Of a DNA stretch of 64,000 nt, positions 1-13,207 are shown one piece after another; position 1 is the stretch's first letter, and each line of letters opens with the position of its first letter. A model generated the notes under the pieces. That model had not been told where the DNA came from, made no database searches, and was given only the letters and a program-made list of their open reading frames with translations. Location of the stretch: NCBI RefSeq assembly GCF_006345805.1, contig NC_042999.1:103850001-103914000 (forward strand), written 5' to 3'. This DNA is from Octopus sinensis (lineage: Eukaryota). The position numbers and the translations under genes were made by a program.

Positions 1-789
1 CCCAGTTTGAAGATACCTTCCTCTCTTTTTCCCACAAGTTTCAAAGGCCCCATAGAAATAAAGGGAAAAGTGTACTAACATCTTAGTAATGAGGTGTAAT
101 GACCCTACCAAGATACAAAAAAAAAGTTAATTGAATACTAGCCCCAATTCAATCACTGGTATGGATTTTAAAATCCTGATAGGTAAAAAGGTGGAATTGA
201 ATGATGTAAAATATTTACAGTAACTTAATCTGCCACTGTATCATTTTTTTAATAGCATGCCACCTTTTTCAGTAAAAGCTCAATCTGCAAAAAACAGTAG
301 TCAAATCTCCCTCAAAACCAAACCCCACCACCATCTTAAGAAAAAAAAACGACAGGCTTCATTAGGTAATATCATCCGATGTAAGTATAAAAGAATGGGG
401 TGTTCATGACTGGAATCGAATGTATTTCAGTGAAGGTCTGTTCAAGCATGTTCAATCAAAGTTTGCTGAGATCTAAAGGACAAACAAACTTATGAATCCA
501 ATAGCAACATGCAAAGGATTAGAGAAATTGTGACATGGAAGAATAAATCTGCAATAACCTGAAACATATACACATATGCATCTTCACAGTTAGCATGAAT
601 GTATGCACACTTGTAAACATGTACATGTTTATATATCTTACTATCAAAAATAACACTGCCAATTCTTTGCTACTAGTAGTTTCAAGGTGTTCAAACAAGT
701 CAGACTTGTACTGCCATAGATTGGCATTTTACAGCCTACACAGCTTTCAGTATAACATTAACTCTATATGAATTATCTTGAGTACTCCT

Positions 790-923
790 TAGTCGAGCAA
801 ATAGTACTTATTCTATCGGTCTCTTTTGCCAAACCGCTAAGTTACAGGGACGTAAACACACCAGCATCGGCTGTCAAGCAATGGTGGGGGGGGGGCAAAC
901 ACAGACACACAAACATATATATA

Positions 924-971
<48 letters not shown>

Positions 972-1112
972 GACGGGCTTCTTTCTGTTTCCGTCCACCA
1001 AATCCACTCAGAAGGCTTTGGTTGGCCCGAGGCTATAGCAGAAGACACTTGCCCAAGGTGTCACGCAGTGGGACTGAACCCGGAACTATGTGGTTGGTAA
1101 GCAAGCTACGCC
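790..1112 (-). mobile_element. tRNA-headed SINE (family H) with CORE-like segment and internal (TA)n
   Basis: Same sequence recurs about 18 times in window. Head GTAGCTTGCTTACCAACCACATAGTTCCGGGTTCAGTCCCACTGCGTGACACCTTGGGCAAG contains a B-box-like motif and a MIR/CORE-like ACCTTGGGCAAG. Confidence 0.8.
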
Positions 1113-1130
1113 TACAATTTATATTTAGAC

Positions 1131-1168
<38 letters not shown>

Positions 1169-2100
1169 CTCACTGCCACTACATAGTAGGAGGAGGAGGT
1201 AAATAAGTAAATATTGTGATGAATATAATAATGGTGGCAGTAATTCTTGGTAGCAGCAGAAGCAATAGTAAGTTAGTGCAAGGCACCATGAAGGAGAAAG
1301 ACAAACACTAAAAGTAACTGTCAGAAAAACACACACACACACATACATGTATAATTTAAATGTATATTGGAATAATTACAATTTAAACAAGGCAGTATTG
1401 AAATGAAATTAAATATATATATGTTTTGTATAACTTAAACGTATGGGAAGTGAAATTATACGCAATTTAAATATGTAGAGAAATGTAGCCTCCAAAGGTC
1501 TACAAGAAACAGGCACCATATTAAAATGTATTTAAATTTAAAACATTATACGGAAATACTTTTTCCTCGTGAAATATGATGGCTTAGCACATGGAAAGGG
1601 TTCAAAATTTGGCAATGTGTGCACACACATACACACATACATACACACAATTACACACATGCTCACACAGACACAGTTGGAAGACTATCTCTCTACATGT
1701 TATAACTCAAACATTATGATATCATAACAGCAAAAAATATGTTATAACAAGTTAAGCTTTCTTGTCCCTTGTCATTAATTTTCTTACTTATGGCATTCGA
1801 CCACACACATACATTATCCTATTCTTATACAGTTGAAAGAGTATTTGATGTTGATGCCAACAGACAATGTCAACAAATAATTATAATTATTTCTATCAAT
1901 ATAAGGCTACAAGGTTTCAGCTGGGGAGCAGGAGGAAAGGAGGGGGCTATAGTTATTCATAATGATGCCAGGGTCCTCTATTTGACCTTGCAAGTTTAAG
2001 AATTTAAATCAATTTTCAGTGAAAACAAATAGCAATAAGTTTAAAACCAGTGAAATAAAAAAAGTAATGATGATGATGATGATGATGATAATAATAATAA

Positions 2101-3391
2101 TCATTTCTACTGAAGTCACAAGGTCTCAAATTTGTTGGGTGGGGACTAGTGGATTATATTGACCCCAGTGTTTCACTGGTACTTAATTTATCAACCTCTG
2201 AAAGGATGAAAGGCAAAGTCGACCTCCGATGAATTTGAACTCAGAATGTAGTGAAAGGCAAAACACTGCTAAGCATTTCATCCAGTGTGCTAACGATTCG
2301 GCCAGCTCATCACTTTAATAATGATCATAATAATCCTTTTTACTATAGGCACAAGGCCTGAAAATTTGGGGGGAGGGGACTAGTCAATTACATCGATTCA
2401 AGTATTTCACTGGTACTTATTTTATTAATCCCAAAAGGATGAAAGTCAAAGCCAACCTCAGTGGAATTTGAACCCAGAACATAAAGGGCCGGAAGAAATG
2501 CCACTAAGGATTTTGCCTGATGCGCTAATGTTTCTGCCAGCTCAATAATGATAATAATAATAATCCTACTATAGGCACAAGGCCACCTATTTTATTAGTC
2601 CTGAAAAGATAAAAGGCCAAGTCAATCTTGACAGAAAATGAACTGAGTATATAAATGCTGGAAGAAATGACATGGAGCATTTTGTTCAGCATACTTATGA
2701 TTCTGCCAGCTCACTGCCTTATTAATAATAATAATGATAATAATAATAATAATCCTTTCCATTATAGACACAAGGCTTGAAATTTGGGGGAGGGGATAGT
2801 TGATTACATCGACCCTAGTACTCAACTGGTACAACATGCTACCATTACTAACTGGTACTTAATTTATCAACCCTCAAAAGGATGAAAGGCAAAGTCAACC
2901 TCAGCGGAATTTGAACTCAGAACAGATGAAAAGCTGTTAAGCATTTTATCTGGTGTACTGACAATTCTACCATCTCACCATCTTATATAATAATGATAAT
3001 CCTTTCTACTATAGGCACAAAACCTGAAATTTGTGGGGAGCAGGTACGTCAATTACACTGACCCCAGTGCACAACTGGTACTTAATTCATCAACAATTTG
3101 AACTCAGAACATAAGGATAGACGAAATGCTGCCAAGCATTTTGCTCAGCAAGCAAATAATTATGCCAGCTTGTTACCTTAATAATAATCATAATAATAAT
3201 AACCCTTTCTATATAGAGGGGCTAAGTTGATTACACTGACCCCAGTGCATAACTGGTACTTATTTAATCGACCCCCAAAAGGATTAAAGGCAAAGTCAAC
3301 CTCAGCGGAATTTGAACTCAGAATGTAGTGACAAGTGAAACACCACTAAGCATTTGGCCCCGCATGCTAACAAGTCTACCAGCGCACCACC

Positions 3392-3425
<34 letters not shown>

Positions 3426-3579
3426 CTTTCAAATTTTGGCACAAGACCAGCAATTTTGGAGGAAGGTGTAAGTCAATTACATCGACCCCAGTGCTCAGCT
3501 AGTACTTATTTCATCGACCCTGAAAGGATGAAAGGTAAAGTCAACCTAGGTGGAATTTTGATTCAGAATGTAAAGACGG
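2101..3579 (-). mobile_element. Head-to-tail stack of 7 tRNA-derived SINE copies (family M) separated by (AAT)n/(TTA)n
   Basis: Units at about 2101-2315, 2332-2543, 2562-2720, 2751-2984, 2998-3179, 3200-3393, 3425-3579. Most show (plus strand) GGATGAAAGGCAAAGTC-ACCTC..GAATTTGAACTCAGAA and ACTGGTACTTA; dispersed copies elsewhere in window. Confidence 0.85.
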
Positions 3580-3812
3580 AATAATAATAATAATAATGAT
3601 GATGATACCTGGCAAATTATGTAAACAGGGCATTATACACATGATATAAAACTGGCAAGTTAATTGGGTGCTTTTTTGTTTTTGATTGCATTGTCATGTA
3701 TGACTGGTTTAACTGATGGATGTGAGGATGAAGGAGCGTGGGGGACGAAAAGAAAAGAGAAAGAAAGAGAGGAGTATTAAGAAGGAGAGAAAGAAATGAA
3801 ATGAAGACTAAA

Positions 3813-3818
3813 TTTATT
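3813..3818 (-). terminator. Candidate poly(A) signal AATAAA of the coiled-coil gene
   Basis: AATAAA on minus strand about 350 nt after the stop, followed by a T/CT-rich stretch; motif only, no transcript evidence. Confidence 0.3.
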
Positions 3819-4168
3819 CCATGTTGACTTCATACGTCCAAATACACTGTTAGTGCTGGCTGGTGGTATTTAGATAGTGTGTGCATGTACATCTGTTGAG
3901 AGACTTATCTTCACTGAATGAGCTGAGTATGTTTTAGAGAAGAATAATTAGAATGCTTAAGAGAGAGAGAGAGAGAGAGGAAGAGAAAAAGGGTGGGGAA
4001 ACGAATAAAAAAAAAAGAGAGAAAAACACACACAATCACACATATACAAGAAAGTAAAAAAGTAAAAAAAGTAAAACTAAAAAAAAAACATATATATATG
4101 TATATATATATATATATATATATAAAATAAAACTGAGTTTAAGAAAGCTCTGGAAGCAAGGAAATTAT

Positions 4169-4815
4169 CTAGACATCTACTATCATATTGGCCCTGACTT
4201 CTTCAATATCATTATTGGCAACTGATTCTGGTTCTGGTTGCTGTTCTTTTGGCTGTTGCTGTGGCTGTTGTTGTTGTTGTCGCTGTTGTGGTTTGGGTAG
4301 TAATTTGGGGCTGGCCGAACGTGTTTCAGTATTGCCATTCAGTGCGACAGCCTGCACATCCTGCACGGGGCTGTGAACGCTGGAAGGTCGTGAGGCAGGA
4401 CGAGGAGGAGGAACAGGAGGACTTTTGGGGAAGGAAGAGGGAGAAGTTTTGGTCAGCTCTCCTTTAGAGTTCACGGATTGTAGAAAGGACGATGAAGGCA
4501 TTGAGGAAGTGGTTGACGTAGCAAGTGGTGGGAGATCAGTACCAGGTTCACTGCTTGTGGAACTTGGTCCTCCACTTAAAGCCGAACTGGTACCAGACAT
4601 ACGGTTGAATTTGGCCCCACCACTACTGAGATAAAATGGTTTTGGTGTCGTTAGTCCCAAGATTCTGCTCATGCCACTAAAGGAGCTGCCTGGCCCAATA
4701 GAATGGGGCCTTCCACTAACACGACCACGATCAGGACTAGCGGGCGCATCACCAGGGTTGCGATACTTGGCAATCAAAGAGTGTAGGCGATCACTGTTTG
4801 GTGACAATGGAACAT
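4169..4815 (-). CDS. Terminal coding exon: S/P-rich disordered tail with PPVPPPRP, Q-rich tract, ending NMIVDV-stop
   Basis: Acceptor ttgtttcag|AT (phase 1, D-VPLSPNSDRLHSLIAKYR...); 647 nt open to TAG at 4169-4171; GC-richer than flanks; corresponds to ORF 4169..4807. Confidence 0.92.
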
Positions 4816-5381
4816 CTGAAACAAGTTTTAAAAATTAAGTTTTTTTTTTTTAAAGTTGTTAACTTTCTTTTCTGGTAAAGGAGACAATTCCTAATATTTA
4901 CATATACATTAAGTGTACATTAATGAGAAAAAATTTCAATCTTATTAACAAAAAAATTACTATTATATATTAATATTCAAAGAATATTAAGACACTTAAA
5001 ATAAATAAATATGTTTTATATATATATGAATAAGGCCCAACTACGTCATCTTGATTTATTTTTTCCTATCTTATTTCCTTATGCACACTCTCTTGATAAT
5101 ATTATACATCATCACCTATATAGTCAAGACTACTGAAAAGGTTGCAAGACGCAACGAAAATTTTAGAAAATAAAAATAAGAAATAAGTGGAAATTTTACC
5201 GGTGAGTGTGTTAAATAATAAGGCACAAAAAGAGAATGACTTTCCCCACACACAACACATTGTATAATTTGTCTGTTTTCTATTTAAATAATAGGTTGTG
5301 AGTTGAACGATACTTGCTGCTATTTCTAGGACTATCAGATAGTTAATTTACGCTCTGCTAAAGATCATCACAGTAACTTAC

Positions 5382-5481
5382 CTGAGGATTTCGAAGCAGC
5401 ATCCACTGAACTGAGACTGTCTGTCACTGAAGCAGAACGCAATGTAACACTAGGGTAGTCTTCCATTATTTGCTTAAGTGA
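5382..5481 (-). CDS. Penultimate coding exon (SLKQIMEDYPSVTLRSASVTDSLSSVDAASKSS)
   Basis: Acceptor cttacag|TCA, donor G|gtaagt; 100 nt, phase 0-1; lies within ORF 5368..5568. Confidence 0.9.
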
Positions 5482-5736
5482 CTGTAAGTAGAAGAACAAA
5501 TCAAATGATAATACATTACATAACAACAGCAATGATACCTTATTTAATATACTTAGACTGCAGTTCAAATATAGATAAGGGAACTTTTTGCTTCACATAG
5601 CTTCCAAGACACAAGGTGCCTGAACAATTTGATGACAGTAAATATAAGAAAAAACAACACTGCCCACTGAAATTTTCATACAAGTGATAGCAGATAAAAC
5701 AGGTACACAGACACACATACACACGTGTATGTGTGA

Positions 5737-5799
<63 letters not shown>

Positions 5800-5812
5800 C
5801 ACACACACACAT

Positions 5813-6325
5813 ATCATCATCATTTTAATGTCCATATGTCCATGCTTGCATGGGTCGAACAGGATTTGTTGAGGAAGATTTTTTTTCCTAAAGCCAAATG
5901 CCTTATGCCACCAACTATCCCCTGTTTCCATATAAGGTAATATCTTATAACTAGACAGATTTTTCATGAAAGACAGGAAGAAAAGGACACTTGCATGATG
6001 GTGACACTCATTGCCTGCTTTAGCATGGTCTCTATGGTTGAATGCCCTTTCTAATGCCAACCAATAGAGTGTACTGGGTGCTTTTTATGTGGCACCAGCA
6101 CAGGAGCTTTTTACATGGCACCAGTGGGGTCACCAAATAGCTTGCAGTGTGTGTGTGTGTGTGTGGTTGAGGCTTCTTTCAGTTTCCACCTACCAAATCC
6201 ACTTGCAAGGCTTTGGCCAGCCTGGGGTTATAGTAGAAGACACTTGCTCAAAGTGCCATGTTATGGGACTGAACCTGAAACCATGTGATTGTGAAGCAAA
6301 CTTCTTACCACTGAGCTACACCTGA
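5813..6325 (-). mobile_element. Family-H-head SINE with RTE-like (GAT)n tail, interrupted by an RTE 3'-UTR fragment (about 6010-6150)
   Basis: Similar to copies at 13670-14050 and 54110-54420; nested segment matches the RTE tails at 9700-9790 and 60660-60720. Confidence 0.65.
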
Positions 6326-6386
6326 ATGAATTCAAAGACATCCTAACTAACAAAAATGAATTCAAAGATATTTGGCACGTACTTAC

Positions 6387-6436
6387 ATTCTCATTTTCAG
6401 CCACAGGTTCAAGAGGAGAAAATACATCTCCATTTT
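6387..6436 (-). CDS. Exon (E-NGDVFSPLEPVAENEN)
   Basis: Acceptor ttttctttctag|AA, donor AAT|gtaagt; 50 nt, phase 1-0; supplies the required phase change. Confidence 0.85.
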
Positions 6437-7816
6437 CTAGAAAGAAAAGAAAACATAAGAAATTATATCAATCAAATTAATCAATATTCAATTTAATTTT
6501 TTTGCAGCATGACGAAAAAGAAAGAAAAAAGAAAAACAGGAAAATAATTTTTAAAAAGCATAAAAATTGCTTCTTTTTTTTTTGTTTTGCTTAACTGCCA
6601 TATCAATCATAGTTTAACAGAATTATGATTGAAATATTCTAACTGTGACAATCACAATCTTTGTGTATATTTCTCATTGATTCGGTCGTTTGTTGTTATT
6701 TATGGTTATTGATTGTTTTATAAACAGTTGCCACTGCTTGCTTACAACTTACCTTGTGTTTTACATATTCTATTAGAAAAAAATATCCATAGTTTATCCA
6801 CTTCAAGATCTAACTGCAATTTATTTAAGGATTTGGAGGGAATTAATGTTATTAATTTCCAGGGATCTGATATAAGCAAATTCAAAGCAAGAAGTTTCCT
6901 TGGGTGATGTAGCACCACCACAACAACAACAACAAATGTTCTTCATTTCATTCCTTTTTAAATTACATTTAGATATCATATAACATTCTTGTCATTTTTC
7001 ATTCACTTTCTATGCAGGGATGCTTTAGACAGGTCATCATTATCTGAGCCAGTTCTTTTTTGGTGATGAATGTGTGGTGTAAGCCATATGCTACTTATAC
7101 AATAACACTATAACATTTTTTCCATGGAACTTTCTTTCCTTTTTCTCTTCGCTGTCTCTGACAAAAGACATCAGACCAAAACAATATACTCGCCTCAGTT
7201 TCTTCAATACTCTGTACCCCTTTTTTACTTTGCTTTTACCTGAGTTCTTTAGTTCATTGTCAACTACTTATAGCCATGCTAGAGACCTACTGTATGTACC
7301 GTCTTTCCTGACACACAAGTCAACAGAATATGTAGTGTAAACATTAAAACACTTTTGCTATCTTTCCAAATATTGCTGCTTTTCACATGGAATTTCTGGT
7401 CCTCATAGTCATCTTGTATGTTGACCTACCTGTTCTAGCTGTAAATTTTGCTCTGAAAAATTCAACTTGTATGCCAGAAAATGTGGTATATAGTATATCT
7501 TCATTTTATTTACTATTTATTTTATATTCTTTAATACTAGTATGTGTTTAAAATTGTTGAAACCATGAGTTGCTACTAGCTGCTCTGCAGTGATTTCTAT
7601 AATAATACATTTGTATAATAATACATAACCTGCTGAAAAAATAACTAATCTGTCACATAAGAGAGAAACCTATCCCAGTGACATTTAATATCTTCAACAG
7701 GGATTCATTGTCATATACCTTTGGTAAAGAATGCAATTATTGTAAAACAAACCATCATCATCATCAACATTTAACGTCTATTTCCAATACTTAATTGACC
7801 TATAAAATTACCTGCA

Positions 7817-7872
<56 letters not shown>

Positions 7873-9597
7873 CTCACTTTTCTTATTGTTTTTATTAAAC
7901 CTCAAGTCGACCTTGATTGATTGTGGAGATTTATAATTAGAGGCATTCCAATTGTGACCTACCATCTCATCTTTTTGAATATCAAGAATGTTATCAATAT
8001 GTTCTTTATTGCTTAAGATGGATGTAATCTGACAAAGATTTGGTTGGCATTTCTAGCAGGTCAAGCAACCACATAAAAGAGTGATTCTCAAACAGTTCAC
8101 AGTGGAGCACTGATGTGCAACAGAGTGTATCTAGGTGAACTGTGAATATTTTAAAATTTAATTTAAAGCTTTTGAAAATCTACATTAACTTCTGGTAATC
8201 TTGAAAAAATAATGTTAAAAGGTAAGCAGATGTCGTGTTCTATATATTTTACCTTATAGCACAACCTTATTCAACTTAACATACAAAGTATGTAATTCAC
8301 TTTTTATTTTGGTTTCCAGCATACCACAAAGTCAAAAGTGTTCCAGAAATACTGACAAGGAGTTTCTCCACATTGGTTCATATTTTTCCTTAGTTATTTA
8401 ACAATGCATAACATTTATAATTTTATCCTAACTAAAGAAAATCATAGTTTCCAGGTGGAAATGGGGCGCACTGTTTTTTGGGGAGAGAGTATAGGTGCAA
8501 ATGGGAGCACACTGTACCAGACTAGACATTGGCAGTCTTGAAGTGAAATGTTTAGTTCTTCCACTGAATTAGATGTTGTTGATTTTGTTATTGCTATTGT
8601 TTAGCCCTAGATTAACACTAATTACACAGACTTTATAACCACAAATTTTATTAAAAGAAACACCTTTTGAAATTAAGTTAAATAACAATTAAAATCTAAA
8701 TTAAAATATTTTATAACATTTACATTATATCTGCATGGATTAAATTGTATTGAATGATCGGAAAAAGACAACTTAAAAAAACTGGAGTATTTCACAACCA
8801 TGTCATAAGATATATTACTAGTAAACACCTGACTAACTGACTGACAGTTAAAATACCAAATCAATGAGAAACTACCAAAACTACAGCCAATATTTTGTTT
8901 ATTCAAATCAACTACTGAAAACTGTTCAGCCCCATCAATACTAAGTGTTTCTAAGATCTGTCTGGAGAGTATGATAGCCAGAAAGAGAAACTGAGGATGC
9001 CTGAACAGTAGAGGGAGAAACCAAACTCTAAAATGTTTCCAATGACAATCATAGCCAAAACTCAATAAGATGACAGTGAGCAAAAGTAAATGGACAAAAT
9101 TTATTTATGGCATTTGACATTCAGCTGCAAGTGGAAATTATTATTAACCAATATGGTCCAAGACACTCCATCATTAATGACTATCCCATGCTTTTTATCC
9201 TACCAACACATGGCATGCAGGACCACATTATACAATGTTCCCAGTTATTTAAGAAAGAGTGGTACATAATATATGGAGATATAGGTCCCTTTGTTAGGAT
9301 AACATTCAACTGGTTAAATTACTATCTTTTTATCTTTTATTTGTTTCAGTCATTAGACTGCGGCCATGCTGGGGCACCCAGTACTTATTTTTTAAAACCT
9401 GATACTTATTCTATCAGTGGTTTATAAAACTTTGACAATAAATAGACATTAGTATTATATCTTACTTTTGGGACTAGTTTAACAACATTTAAGTGTGTGT
9501 GTGTGTGTGTGTGCGCGTGCGCCTGCCTTTGTTTTGTGAACCTATATAAGTGTGTTTGTGTAATTGTGTATGAGTATGTATCTGTGTTTTGTAGTAT

Positions 9598-10050
9598 CAT
9601 CATCATCATCATCATCATCATCGTTTAACGTCCGCTTTCCATGCTAGCATGGTTGGACGGTTCAACTGGGTCTGGGAAGCCCGAAGGCTGCACCAGGCCA
9701 GTCAGATGTGGCAGTGTTTCTACAGCTGGATGCCTTCCTAACGCCAACCACTCCGAGAGTGTAGTGGGTGATTTTATGTGCCACCGACACAGGTGCCAGA
9801 CGAGGCTGGCAGACGGCCACGCTCGGATGGTGTTTTTTATGTGCCACCGACACAGGTGCCAGACGAGGCTGGCAGACGACCACGCTCGGATGGTGTTTTT
9901 TATGTGCCACCGACACAGGTGCCAGACGAGGCTGGCAGACGTCCACGCTCGGATGGTGTTTTTTATGTGCCACCGACACAGGTGCCAGACGAGGCTGGCA
10001 GACGGCCCCGCTCGGATGGTGTTTTCTTATGTGTCACCGACACAATGTAT
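9598..10050 (-). mobile_element. RTE LINE 3' end with internal 63-bp tandem array
   Basis: (CAT)n-CGTTTAACGTCCGCTTTCCATGCTAGCATGG.. tail shared with many window copies, including the one downstream of the RT-coding fragment at 45714-47015. Confidence 0.8.
9775..10040. repeat. 63-bp minisatellite, 4 full units plus a partial unit
   Basis: GTGCCACCGACACAGGTGCCAGACGAGGCTGGCAGACG.. starts at 9778, 9841, 9904, 9967; partial variant at 10031. Confidence 0.95.
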
Positions 10051-10389
10051 GCGCGAACGTGCTTGTTTATCTCTGGATTTGTACTCTGTGTGTATTAGCT
10101 GAGATGACTGACATACCAGAACCCTAGTTCAGCAGTCAACAGTCACCTTATGTAACAATCATTCTATAAATAACATCAATGAACAAGACAATTCACCTTG
10201 CTAAAGGAACGATAAGTTAATATCATATATATACCAGTAACACTTTCCTCTGGATCACAAGCTCTGACACGGAATATTCTGGAAACCAAATCTCAATATT
10301 TAATCAGCCACACAATTTATGAGACACCACAGATACATTCAGTGGTCTAACTAAACAAAGGGAAAGTAACATTTATTTCTAGAGACACA

Positions 10390-11005
10390 TCATCATCGTT
10401 TAACGTCTATTTTCCATGCTAGCATGTGTTGGACAGTTTGACTGGAGACCGGCAAGCCAGGAGGCTGCACCAGGCTCCAATCTTATCTGGCAATGTTTCA
10501 ACAGCTGGATGCCCTTCCTAACACCAACCGCTCCGAGAGTGTAGTGGGTGCTTTGTACGTGCCACCAGCATGGAAGCCAGTCAGGCGGCACTGGCATCAA
10601 CCACGTTTGGATAGTGCTTTTAAGTGCTACCGGCATAGGAGCCAGTTAGGGAGGGGGAGCTGGCATCGACCACGCTCAGATGGTACTTTTTACGTGCCAC
10701 TAGCACAAGGAGCCAGTCAGACAGCACTGACAACGACCCACACATGAATAGTGTTTATTGCATGCCACCAGCACGAGGGCCAGTCAGGCAGCATTGGCAA
10801 CGGCCACAACTACATTTTCCATTTTTGATTGTGATTTGATTTTTGATTTCGCTTGACTCAATAAGTCTCCTCAAGCACAGCGTGTCGCCCGACGATTCAA
10901 AGGTACTTTTAAATGGACCAGTTATGCGACACTGGTATAGGCTACAGCTGTGATCACACTTTACTTGCCGGGTCTTCTCAATCACTGCATATCTCCAGAG
11001 GTCAT
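10390..11005 (-). mobile_element. RTE LINE 3' end including last codons of the ORF (DLWRYAVIEKTRQVK)
   Basis: Minus strand near 10955-11000 reads DLWRYAVIEKTRQVK, matching DVWQYGVLEKTH at about 46165-46200; (CAT)n tail at about 10390. Confidence 0.75.
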
Positions 11006-11524
11006 GTCATCACAGTAAAAAAAATACAATCAGGTTGTTGGTGTTAATGATTTGTAGGCATGTAGTATTTCATTAAGCAGCCATAATATACTACAAAGTA
11101 TATTAAGCACTTTTGTAAGTCAATACTGTGTTCTATTGTGCTAAGTGCTATTAAATCACTTACTAAGGCTATCTCTACAGATCTTTTATAGAAATTATAT
11201 CCGAGTATGCCTAGTGTGAACAATGGGATCAGAGATGGAAAATGGGCAATGGGCGTATATGGCATACACACCTATTTTGTATATGAAATATTGTAACAAA
11301 TCAGTGCTGGTTATAATTTCTAGAGAAAATCCATAGAGATGACCTCAACAAGTAGGTTGTTGATGTCATAAAAAATCAAGAACTTTAAGAACGTAAAATA
11401 ATTCTTTTATGGAACAGAGAAATTCAAAACAAATAAAGCTATAAATAGTAGCATGTAAATACTGGGTTAAAAACCCTTTAGACAGAAAGTCAAAGGTTGT
11501 TCAATAATAGAAAGTTTCTCATGT

Positions 11525-11854
11525 GAAAGCATATAGCTCATTGGTTAGAACATTGGACTCACAATCATGAGGTAGTGAGTTCGATTCCTGGACTGGGCTG
11601 TTTGTTTTTGAGCAAGATACTTCATTTCATGTTGTACAAGTTCACTCAGCTGTAGAAATGAGTTGCAACATCACTAGTGTCAAGCTGTATCTGCTTTTGC
11701 CGTTCCCATGGATAACATCAATGCCATGCAGAGGGGAGGCTGGTATACACGGGCAACTGCTAGTCTTCCATAAACAACCTTACCAAGACTTGTGCACTTT
11801 CTAGGTGCAATCCCATGGTCATTTATGACCAAAAGGGATCCTTACCCTTTACCC
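11525..11854 (+). mobile_element. tRNA-derived SINE with TTACCC-type tail
   Basis: A box TAGCTCATTGG (11534), B box GAGTTCGATTCC (11577); head shared with 41731 (+) and about 19330-19432 (-); ends CTTACCCTTTACCC. Confidence 0.75.
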
Positions 11855-12009
11855 TGTCATGTTTACAAAAGATGTGGGATTGTGTCCTATAGGCAGCCAT
11901 TGCCCTTTTCTATACAAAGGACTTTTAACCCAAAATTTTACATACTATTATTTATAGCTTAACTTGATTTGAGAGTTACTGTTCCTAAAAAGAAAATTAG
12001 ATGTCTTAC

Positions 12010-12059
12010 CTTTGGAGGAGGTTGTTTTATCAGTGTTAATGGTTAGTGGAGCCATTGTA
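12010..12059 (-). CDS. Exon (S-TMAPLTINTDKTTSSK)
   Basis: Acceptor tcttcccag|T, donor G|gtaaga; 50 nt, phase 2-1. Confidence 0.85.
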
Positions 12060-12547
12060 CTGGGAAGAGAAGAGAACAAGCAATTAGCAAAAACATCAAA
12101 AGCACTCTCCCTATCTCTCTGCAAACACACACACTCAAAGGAATGGGGGACTTTATTGATTAATTCAAGTGTAAATAATTTGCTAAAAAATGATCGTCAG
12201 TTGAAACACATAGGCTTATATGCAAAAATAAAAATGCTTAAAAGCCCTGTAAGCTTGTGTATGTGTGTGCATGTGCACATATAGACAGACAAATAAAAAA
12301 CACACAAAATCAAAATGAGTGATATCATGAGGCAAGAGGTAGACAAACAAATAATATATGAAGGCAAAAAAAGCAAAAGGCACAGAAATATGAAATGAAA
12401 CAACAAAATTCTCATCTCCAACTTAGCTGTGCATAGAGTCAGGAGTCCTGTGCTGTTGTCTTATAGAGCAAATTCTCATTTTAATTCAACATTATTAACA
12501 CAAGACATACACCAAACAGGAATAAATGACAAATTGACAATCAATCT

Positions 12548-12761
12548 TTAACCCTTTGGAGATGGAGCCTCACATGGAATTTCAGTGCTAAGAAGACAGA
12601 GCCCTTTTCACATTATTTTTGAAAAAAAAAAAATTATAAAAATTGAAGTAATTACTTTACATATATAAAACTACATACATTCTTGTTGGAAATTGAATGA
12701 ACTAGTACAATCATTTGATTTTTTGGCCAATAAATCAACCCTGTTGTCTCCTAAGGGTTAA
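12548..12761. mobile_element. piggyBac-type MITE (family A), 214 bp including TTAA
   Basis: TTAA-CCCTTTGGAGAT ... GTCTCCTAAGGG-TTAA: TTAA target duplication and CCC/GGG termini typical of piggyBac. Confidence 0.8.
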
Positions 12762-12845
12762 AACAATTAATTTTATAACAAAATCATTGTAACTAGTCAA
12801 TAACAATTTCTGATTAAAAAATAACAATTAACTCCTTGATGGTAA

Positions 12846-13058
12846 TTAACCCTTTAGATTCAGATTTCTCTCTCAAATGTAATACATATTAATCCACATT
12901 GGTATGAATTAATCATGTATTATCTCATATCTTCGAAATTTCCATGATGTGACTGTTTATTTTTAGAATAATATTGTAGGGTAGGTGTGAGAGGCTAGAT
13001 CTGGCCAGTTTGAAGGTAAAACAGGTAGATTATTTTGGCTGAATATGGCTGGTTTAAA
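12846..13058. mobile_element. piggyBac-type MITE (family B), decayed copy
   Basis: Starts TTAACCCTTTAG; body matches the complete copy at 50593-50821. Confidence 0.75.
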
Positions 13059-13207
13059 CACAAGAAGCTACTAAGAAATTTAGAGAATATGAAACCTTGT
13101 TTGCTCACTGGCTTGCTCTCTCTCTTTCCAATTATATATTGTTTTGTGAAAGAAGTTTTAAAATAACCTGTTTGGTTAACTTAGAATTTATTTAGGAAGC
13201 ACCTCAC

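Noticed and set aside
8673-9427. 136-aa (-) and 106-aa (+) ORFs in non-repetitive-looking intron
   Set aside because: No phase-compatible splice sites without stops, no recognisable motif, and exons 12010 and 6436 already join in frame.
9641-10127. Overlapping 105-153 aa ORFs and a CRISPR-like look
   Set aside because: Pure 63-bp tandem repeat without unique spacers, inside a LINE 3' UTR; the unit length being a multiple of 3 keeps frames open. Eukaryotic context, no cas genes.
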